DNA of 58,100 nucleotides, filler included, from Sphacelaria rigidula (Eukaryota), in the NCBI GenBank assembly GCA_964200075.2. It is 3 parts of 3 records of this genome, joined end to end, with 100 filler letters (N's around TTAATTAATTAA, not from the genome) between each part and the next. Parts side by side here need not be neighbours in the genome. Positions count along the whole stretch, not along the records: positions 38,803 to 58,100 come from CAXNAA020000693.1; 2 more parts are not named here. One strand, given 5' to 3'. Positions 49,312 to 58,100 of this stretch are shown here, in pieces (the first letter of the stretch is position 1; each line of letters starts with the position of its first letter). The notes below the pieces were generated by a model. That model worked only from the letters and a program-made list of their open reading frames with translations, did no database searches and was not told the origin of the DNA. The translations under genes were made by a program, and so were the position numbers.

Positions 49312-52244
49312 AACATCTGGCCTAATAAGCAAGGGCGTTTGCGCCAACATCCGCATTCCACCACTTGTTCTGTTCCGATGTAATATGAAATGGATATGTG
49401 GGGGCCTTGACTACGCAGCGCTGCTTTTGCGCCGGCGTGGTGGTCGGCATGACACAAAAGGCAACGTGACGGTTCAACGCTGGTAGCTCCAAACGTCTCG
49501 TGGATTGTGTTGCAGGGGTGGAGTTTGTCGTTCACGGTTTGCTTTCAGGGGTGCAGAACACAAGAGCGATTCCCTTCACTCGTGCCACGACCCTGAGCCC
49601 ATGGGGCCCATGAAGTAATTGCTCTACAAACCCGCCATTATAAAAAGGTGCAGGGTATTCAATGAGCAGCCCAGCCGCACAGCGTGAATCGCTTCATCTT
49701 AGTCAACGCCGTCTACATCATTCTCACTTGTTTCACGATACTCGACACTCGTGCTCGATATCTGAATATTATGTGCCGCTTCGTTTTCGCGGTATATGAG
49801 TAAAAGGGTCGAGTGGGGTTAGTGTTGTGGGTGACACCTGCAACTACTGCCACTTTTCGTGTTCTCAACTGCTGATGTGAAGAAGGGGGGCGAATGTGGG
49901 TTGGAACGTGGTGGGCATGTGCTTCCCGAGTTCAATAGCTACACGATTCAAGGACACAACAATTCGTCAGTGCAGTCACCGGAGCAACTACATTTTCGCG
50001 AAACCGACCACTCACAGTCTTGTAAATATGTACTGAAGTTAGACTACATTTTCTATGAGCAAGGTCGTTATTTGGAGATCACATGTATTTGTGATGGATA
50101 CGATTGGCTCGATTACGGGTCATTTTTTCTGCAGTGGATAGTGGTTGGTCCATTATACTGATACTGCATGGAGTGCCCAAAATTGGGCCCCATTCACCCC
50201 CATAACTGTGGTACTGGTTCTATGGTACAGGCAGGTTCCGTGATTCTATCTCGACAGGCAGATATACGCCGGCGGTCCATCATGCATGCAGGTTCTGCGA
50301 ATCTTGTACAGGCAGACAGACGTATGCTGGCCGTCCGTATATACCGTTGTCGGAAGGGGATTTGGGGCCAGGTTTGTCGCGGGTTAGTTTGGCAGCGACC
50401 AATCAGCGGTCTTTTTTTTTGACAAGGGAATTTTGAAAAATGGGATGATCCGAGTCGATAACAAACCCGAGACACGCCCTCAGACGCGGCCTGGCAGATG
50501 TACAGGGCAGAGCGCAGAGGGGAGACGCTAGATTCAGGTGCTCGGGCGTCTTGATTCCATTTTTATATTACAATTAATACTATATATCCTAATATTCACA
50601 AAGCTGGTACAAGCCTCGTAGGTTGCCTAAACCATGGGGTTTGCTTTTCAGATCTGCTAATACGAAAAAAAGAGACAACAGTAGTGGGCGGTCTAACTAT
50701 CGATTTTGTGGCATCTCGTGATTTTTTTCGTAAATGGCGATTTTATTGGGCTCTTTTCGCTTGCCACCGCGTATCACATCGGGGATCTCGCGATATTTGT
50801 ATCCGCTCCACAGTCCAAGACAAAGAATTCATCTGTACTCAATATAGATTGACTTACGAGCTGATCGGCCATCGGGGGTCCTGCCACGTTCCAGCCCAGA
50901 TTCTTACTCTTCTGTATTTTCGGTCGATCGAGCCTGTCCCGATCATACTTGTGAAGAAATGTACAGTTATATTTTTTGAAATTTCGCCTACTCATTGCTT
51001 TAGAGCTGAAAAACTGTGTTTCACGGTCATTAACATCCTCCTGATAAACACGATATTTACTCGTATGACCCGACAAAAGTAACTAACGTTGACTTGGGCA
51101 CTCTGTTTTGGGAATGATCTATTTATTGTGCCAAAATCTACCGACGCTAGCAATTTCGAGTTCTATCGAAGAGTGGTACGCGAGGAAAACCCCAGAACAT
51201 GTTGAAATAGGTAGACCGCCCACTAGTGTAGAGAAGACACCAGACGTATATACCTCCAAAATTTCGACAACAGTACCCCTCACCCTGGGAGCGGCCTCGG
51301 GCGGCCCCTGGTGGCAACCGAGTTGCTGCACATTTGACCTGTGCCTTATCTGAAATGCTGCATCAATGCCGTTCTGGGCCGTGATTCATCACGGTCGCCA
51401 TGTTGTGAAGAAGCTACCGTAATGCACCATGGCTAACCCAGCCGCCATAAGCTCCTAATTTACCTCATATTTTCCAGCCTTCGACTCCGCATTGCTACGG
51501 TAAACCCGCCGCCCGCCGCATGCATGTGGGGGTGTATCCGGCTGTAGTGCATTCTCGAACTAATCCAGCTTGGAAACGTGAGGACGCTCTCAAACGATTT
51601 GTCCGAGAAATGACTTTCGTGAGAGATTTTTCCACTGCAAAACGAAATCTCTGGGACATTTTCGTCCGACAAAAGACAGTTCCAAAATTTTGTCCGACAA
51701 TAAACTCATTGTTTTCGTTTCATCTGTTTTTAAAGAAGGGCCCTCGGGGTCGCCGTGTACCTGAGGCCGCAAACAACGAAGTGATTTCAACCATCAGGTT
51801 TGGGAGCAAAAGTGGGAAAACCTGCAGTTCAAGTGGTACAGGCCAGATGATGTAAAGAAGGATGTAAGCACGCTGCCCACCCCATTCGGACACACGGCCG
51901 AGATAAAATCATTATCGTTTTGATATTCTGGGTGTGCATGTTTTTTCTACCTCCGCAGTGTAGGTCCTTTTGATGCATGCGACGGTTCCATCAACCGGTC
52001 GCTCGACAATTCCCCGGGCTCAAGACAGCATGTAACGAAGGGAATTGGCTCTGCGGAGAGACTAAGCCCTGACCATAATGTCGGGGAACAAGCCTTACAC
52101 TAGGATGGGTGTTTCGAGGAATCTCAAGTGCAATTCGGCAGAAAAAAAGAGCGCGCCGACCGGCAGAGATACACCCGTGTGGATGAGAGGCATCTTCAGA
52201 CTGACGTTCATCTCGCCAGTGCAGCGAGCACACGTTTGCGCCTA

Positions 52245-52752
52245 AATCCGGGCCTGCGGTCGCTGTGAACAACTGTAAAACTTGGCCCCGGTTAGACTCC
52301 GTACTCATTTTTCTCGAGGGTTCCGGACGTATCAACAAGGGTCGTGTGTCATACAGGATGTGCGAGGAAACACAAGAGCAAGGGCAGCGACACTCGTCAA
52401 GGCAAAATCATGGCCTGGCAGGCAGCACGGCAGTCAGTACAGTTGGCCGCCATAAATGTAATGGCAGAAACAGTGACAATTTCAAGTGAATTTGATACCG
52501 ATATGACAGCTTATCTACCCTTGCCCTCCAGGGGTTGAGGAAGCCCGGACCTGGGGCCGATTTGAAATTCGTCAACGAAAACTTGGCCTCGGTTAGACTC
52601 CGAGAGCGAGGGTTCTCAACCTATCCTCGAAGGGTGTTTGTCAAAGAGAATACATCAGGGGAAACATGAGCAAGGACACCAGCACCTGTCCGTGCAAAAA
52701 GCATCGGCTGACAGACAGCACGGCACAGCACAGCCGTAGAGTACAGTGACAA
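52245..52752. repeat. Diverged ~300-bp tandem duplication
   Basis: AAAACTTGGCC(C/T)CGGTTAGACTCCG at 52277 and 52578; further colinear blocks GAGCAAGG, CAGCACGGCA and CAGTGACAA. Confidence 0.75.
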
Positions 52753-54599
52753 CGTGGAAACGAAAGCGAGATTAGTTCAATGGCTGTGAACATTCCCCAA
52801 TAGAACCAGTCTCTCTTCACCTTGTGGGGCCACATCTCAAGCAAGGGTTTTGTTATCATGGGGGTCGTCAAACGCATCCTGCACTGTCTATTTGAAAATA
52901 GGAATCCCTGGAGAGAACATTTGTACAGACAGTACAGAGTTGGACCGTCCGTTGTTTTGTAGAACTGCCGAAACTACGCTGTAAAAATATGTAGAGTAAA
53001 CATTGACAGGGATCGAAAGTATTCACATCTTCCCCACGACTCGAGTCACTTGGTCTGCCGATGTTGCCTGGGGTCACGCCTGTTGTCTGTTATACCGCCC
53101 TGGACTGAACGTATCGTACCGCATGTAATGCACCTCAGCTACTGTATTATTCTTGTTCCAGTTGCCACACCAACACACCATCTCCCCACGTTCAGTCCTG
53201 TGGACGCATGAGTTCATTCAAGACCAGAACGGTGTTGATTTTCGAGCCAAAACAAACCTCATGACAACATATACTAAATCCGAATATCGCATTACATTCG
53301 ACCGACAACAGGAGATAAGTGGCTTGGTTTTGCCGGCGAATGTTCTGTACATTTTGTACCGTAGTCATACTATCCGATCTGGGCAGAAGTCACGCATTTA
53401 GGAAACACGACCTGTACACAAAATATGTTGTAGTGCAGTACAGTTGTTGTAACGTGACACAAGAAATCACCGAAAAGCACAAGAATAAAACTGTCTGACT
53501 ATGTGGACAAAATAGATTGGGTAGCGGAAATCGCCCTCAATGCGAGACGGACATAGGAGTAACCTACGGGTTGAGTTGAATAAACGATCCCCAAAGGACA
53601 ATTACTTGTGTGATGCATCTACGCTTCAATCAGTGCATCACATTCAAACGAATTGTCCGAGCGGAAATGTACGCAAAACTGTACCGTACTACTGTTGTGT
53701 TTCTATTCTACCCACGAAAATGTGACCGCCATGCTTACCTCATCCGGCAGAAATGATATATCTTCCTCGGTGTCATGCCTCCAGTCAATAGATGGAGCCA
53801 TAGTTTGAGGCGGTGGAGGTGGAGGTGGCGCTTGTGTCATGATCGACATCGAGCGCTACTTCCCAGTGGTCTTTGCTTGCGACGGCCAAGCTCACGCGTT
53901 AGGCCCGGAGGTTGAAGGAATTTTTCATTTTTCATAAATACAACAGTTTGATGGTTGGGTGCTCAGACCCGTAATCAAATTGAGCGGGTTCAAGCAGGTG
54001 TCGCACAATAACCCGAGCTCGAGAGAGAGGAAGAGGGAGAGGGGAACATCAAGCACACAGCATCATCTATATATCGGCAACTGAGTGAGGCCTGTAGATG
54101 GAAAGTATTCGACGCGATACACCATATTGACGTTGTACCGGTTTGTATGCGCTCGATGTCTTCTTTCACCGAACACCATTTGGATAGTGGCAGTAGTTGA
54201 ACACCACCCAGCTACTGCAACCCCACTCACCAAAGAAGACGAACGAGGTGGAGCTCTTACGTGAGTGCAAGCGACAAATAAGGGTTTAATCTAACTCAGT
54301 AGGCGCATAGGCGCACATCTGAAGGTATTCTGTTTTTTCGCTTCCGCCGCTAATACTGCAACGAAATTGTTGTTGCTTCGAGTTTTGGTATGAAACCCCT
54401 CTCGCTCGTTCAACGGTTCATGATTTCCGACACATTGTAGTCGTGAAAGTATTCACTATAGACAACAGTACAGCATGTCACGTCGAGTTGCTGTTGGTGT
54501 TCAAGAACTTTAATGTACGTAGATATATGTTGTCGTTGATTGGTTGATCTGAATCCGCTGAAGAGTCGAGTAGTCCGAAAAAATTCCGCACCACACTAC

Positions 54600-54900
54600 G
54601 AGGTGTAGTACCTCCTCCCGAGGTTGGTGATATGTGCAGCAAGACCGGACAGATAATACTTGAAGGTCTCCTGGAAACTCTGTTTGTGGTCTCAGGTGGT
54701 CTCAGATGATGACCGAATGTTTTTTTGAAGTCATGGAATACCTGCTCCGACGGTATCTGAGATGGCGATACGAGTATTGCACAGGATCGTCTGTCTTGTT
54801 GGTCGACATTCCCGAACGGGTACAGGCTGGCTCGGGGTGAACGCTCAAAATCTATTCTCCTCCAGGTACAGAACGCAAAACTGGCCCGATAAAAACGCAT
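54600..54900 (-). pseudogene. Possible decayed hAT transposase C-terminal dimerization region
   Basis: CTW...LYP...AILVSPSQIPSEQVF loosely fits the hAT motif WW...YP.L..A..L..P.S...SER.FS. Motif-level resemblance only. Confidence 0.25.
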
Positions 54901-55615
54901 GTGGTATCGTTGAGGAGACGAACAGTGTGGCATAGCCAGATTTTTTCTTGCGTCCTTTGCCGTGACGCTCGAAGTGTTTTTTTTCTTGGCCAATCAGGGG
55001 CCTTCAAACTGTTCTGTAATTAACCTGCAGATTCCGGATACAATTTGTACAAAATGTCATCATGAAAAACCTTGGTAACCGCCACCAGCGAAGCAATCTC
55101 ACGCAAAAAACGTTTTTGAAAATAGATGATATGAGATCGAGGTACACCCCCAAACGTGATATTTCGGTGATATGGGGTTCTGTCGTCGGATTTCTACTGA
55201 TATGCATCAAAACCCCAGAAAGCCTCTTGACTTCTGACGGCTTCCCTTGTACCTGTCGTAGGAAAGCTCCCATCGTCATCAATTTTGGCAGTTTCTTGGC
55301 AGTTTGGTGGAAATGGGTACTCCAAATAGATTGAAAAATCATTAAAGGGTTTTATTAGAGGTTGGTTTATCTGCTCTCTACGGGCTTCCGCGGGTCCCAG
55401 GTTGAACACCCCCAGGAGCCGATACAGATTGCCTCAACACCAAGAATCAAGTTTTACTCGTTCCGAGGTCGTCCAAGGAACCTTCGTACAAAGTTTCGTT
55501 CAGTACGTGACGCGAGAAACTGATCCCAAGCGGTCGATGCAAGCTTGAACGCACAAGATAAAGGTCGATAATATACGAGCTGGGGCGCCCACGAAGCAAC
55601 CGGGAATGTTAAAAC

Positions 55616-55897
55616 GCACATTCTTCGCTCAATTTTTCATCGTTTTTGACGAACTTTTGACACGATGTACAGGAGGTATGTGCGAACACCCAACCTGCCA
55701 TCCCTTTTTTTGTTTTCCCTTCGTGAATTATTGTCAACTTTGTTCCGAAAAACACTGTTCTGAAATGTTCCGTCGCTGATAACTCACGGAGGGAAAAAAA
55801 AAAACAAGGGATGGAAGGTTCGGTATTCGCACATACGTCCTGTACATCGTGTCAAAATTTCATCTAAAAACGATTCAAAAATGAGCGAAGAAAATGC
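55616..55897. repeat. Foldback MITE (~105-bp arms)
   Basis: TTCTTCGCTCA...TTTTGACACGATGTACAGGA.GTATGTGCGAA pairs with TTCGCACATACGTCCTGTACATCGTGTCAAAA...TGAGCGAAGAA. Confidence 0.9.
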
Positions 55898-55956
55898 ATC
55901 ATTGTGTCGACACCGTTACTGTAGTATATGGAGGTGGACCAGTTACGGATAATTCA

Positions 55957-56143
55957 AACGCATTTATGCTGTTCAATTTCAACCTGTTTTCGATGAAATT
56001 TTGACACGATGTACAGAACGTATTTGCGAATACCGAATCTTTCCTTCTTTGTTTTTTTTTTTCTTCGTGAGTTATTGGCACTTTTGTCCCGAAAAAACAT
56101 ACGGGAGGAACGAAGGGGTGTTTGCACATACGTCCTGTACATC
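55957..56143. repeat. Second, truncated copy of the 55616 foldback
   Basis: Direct similarity to the left arm (TTTTGACACGATGTACAG...GCGAA...TTCGTGA.TTATTG) plus a partial right arm (GCACATACGTCCTGTACATC), cut off at a (TTGA)n tail. Confidence 0.82.
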
Positions 56144-56144
56144 A

Positions 56145-56600
56145 TTGATTGATTGATTGACTATCTCACATTAGCTGATTGCAACAATCCAGCCCGTGGT
56201 AAGGAGCAGCAAAAAAAGAACAGAATAATAAAAAATACAAAACAAGAGAGCAAGGAACAGAAAAACGACAGAAGCAACGGTCTCAGAAAGGAAAGAAAGG
56301 GGGCAGCGATAACAACAACAGGAACAGGAACAACAGGAACCAACAACAACAGCAGTAACAACAAAATAACGACAAACACAAACACAAGCACGAGCAAAGA
56401 CAAAGAAGATGATGATCGCGCATTACGTAGCTGATTGCAACACTCCAGCTCGTAATCAGAAACAAGAAGGAGAAACATGAAAGAAAGGAAAATAAAAATA
56501 AAAGAATAGAACGTAAAAAAAAGGGAATACAATAGACAAGAAGACAGGCTCGTTCCGGCGGCGGCGGGGGAGGGGGGGGGGAGCACAGACGAAACAATCA
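56145..56600 (-). mobile_element. Probable 3' tail and UTR of a non-LTR retroelement
   Basis: (TTGA)4 at 56145-56160, a strongly skewed A-rich (+) tract, and TAGCTGATTGCAACA.TCCAGC.CGT repeated at ~56172 and ~56428. No ORF homology seen. Confidence 0.45.
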
Positions 56601-56704
56601 TCATGTCAGAAGTTCATCGAAGACGACTGAATGTTGAGCTTGTGCGGCACCACGCAGCACAAAACTGACTGTAACCGAAAATCCAATCTCAGCCGTTTTC
56701 TTTT

Positions 56705-56714
56705 NNNNNNNNNN
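56705..56714. other. 10-N assembly gap
   Basis: Run of N. Confidence 0.98.
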
Positions 56715-57966
56715 AATTCCGCCGCACATAGTACCCTCAACTCTTGACACTTTCGCACTTGACTACAGTTCGGTATTTCGTTTGATGAGGCCGTGTCGAA
56801 CCGCAGCGCTACATGGGTTTGAAGACGCGCGCTGAGTTGCCGATTTCCACGACATGCCATAGTAGGCACAACTCGCGATACATCGTCAGTTAGAACGGGT
56901 TGAAGGAAAGTGAGCTTCTTGGGCGGCCCAGCCTGTACTAAAATTGAGTGAGGAGGGGGTTTCCGCGTGAGGCGGGGTTTTATCAGAAGTGATCATCACT
57001 TTTCAAGAAAACACTTTTGTAAAAAACGACCGGTGACTGGTTGCTGCGATACCACCCTCCCCCCCCCAAAAAATGTGCCAAAAAATCACTTTTGCAAAAG
57101 TGATTCTGTGACACCTCGAACGGGAACATAAAACACCCCGTTGACGGGGGCATCGCCGAAGGCTTGACAGACATTTTTTCGTGCAGGTGTTTTGTTTCTT
57201 GCCTTCTGCGGGCTGTTTGGGTTACAGGTATGGGTGGTATGCTCCTTGCACTCTGTGACAACGGGTTCGATAGATCGAGCTAATGTGACGGTTATAATAA
57301 TAAAATTAATGATGATGATATTAAGGCAAGTCAACAATCAAACGTGAACCTGAGGATCGCATTGCTCTCCCAAACCAAAACACGCCGCTCCATTCATTGC
57401 TGCTCATCAGCTGAGCATGCTGTGCGTGACCCTGCTCAAATCGGTTAAAAATTCAGTGAGAAATGAGGATTCGCGTGAGACGCGCGCAAAACACTCTCAA
57501 AAACAGTCAGCAACACCACGTTTTCGGTTGCTATTTGACACGCACGCTGCCGCCTTTCATCCAATACGGACGGATTTCTGTTGAACAAGGACTGTTGTGT
57601 GTAGATGATGAAGAGCTAGCGCTTGAGCTAATGCACGTGAGTGGTGGGTGTTTTTGCGTCGGTTTTCGTGGCTCGGTGTGTCGGCGCTGTGTTACCTCGT
57701 TGCGTTTTGTCCGCAGCAGTACAGAGATATTGGACTAACGGCCACTTCCAGAACCGCAGCATTTTTTACCTGTGTGCAGATCTGGGCTTTGACCTGGACA
57801 ATACTGCTCGTCGATAAGGCCCTGCCTCAGTAGTGTTTAGCACTTGGTCGATTAGAACCTTCCCGGAAATTTATCACTTGATTTCAGGGTAAACACCGAT
57901 ATTCGGATCTTTCGTGGGACTGCCAGACCCACGTGTCCCTAGCCTGCACAGAACGCCTTTTCGTCA

Positions 57967-57990
57967 AAATCGGCGCCGCGGCGCCGATTT
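57967..57990. repeat. Perfect 24-bp palindrome
   Basis: AAATCGGCGCCGCGGCGCCGATTT is its own reverse complement. Confidence 0.95.
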
Positions 57991-58042
57991 GAGGTCTGCC
58001 AACGCCACACTAAGCCGACGGAAAGCTTCAACGGTTAGGACA

Positions 58043-58100
58043 AATCATCACGACTCAAAATCACCAAATTCACGATTTCTTCGGCCTGATTGCCCAAAAG
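58043..58100 (+). repeat. Dispersed repeat similar to 22953-23010
   Basis: AATCATCACGACTCAAAATCACCAAATTCACGATTTCTTCGGCCTGATTGC versus AATCATTCACGGTTCGAATCACCAAATCCACGATATTTTAGGCCTAATTGC; runs off the window end. Confidence 0.7.

Noticed and set aside
56161..56604. Hydrophobic 147-aa ORF as a membrane protein
   Set aside because: Translation of a T-rich low-complexity UTR-like tract.
57590..57833. Possible small plus-strand exons around a GTGAGT...CCGCAG intron
   Set aside because: The more protein-like downstream frame is out of phase with the donor and no homology was recognised; needs BLASTX or RNA-seq.

Overview
Eukaryotic, intron-rich and transposon-dense DNA. The host is most consistent with a brown alga (Ectocarpus-like stramenopile); this is inferred from the style of the RTE LINEs, LTR elements, long introns and the Zn2Cys6 gene, not from a search. 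Two probable host genes are on the minus strand: a ~1,900-aa Zn(II)2Cys6 transcription factor that is otherwise low-complexity (phase-compatible exons 16945-15474, 15099-14319 and 13945-10631, plus a possible last exon 10036-9860), and the large terminal exon (44273-41808) of a PX-domain protein. The rest is mostly decayed mobile DNA: two related Ty3/gypsy elements (3425-5785 +, 19403-22842 -), a Ty1/copia element (35491-38470 +), several RTE-clade LINE fragments, a tRNA-like SINE, PIF/Harbinger-type MITEs (one carrying a nested TIR element with a 5-bp TSD), two homologous 98-bp piggyBac-like mini-elements and at least four long foldbacks. There are three assembly gaps, two with an artificial TTAATTAATTAA linker. 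I found no CRISPR array, rRNA, intact tRNA or intact transposase, and nothing that convincingly shows a new biological system. The best leads are the unclassified nested TIR element, the 98-bp mini-elements, a LINE-fragment patch with a 28-bp templated filler inside a gypsy pol, the atypical PX domain and the hairpin-forming foldbacks. All alignments were done by eye, so TE boundaries are approximate unless a TSD is cited.
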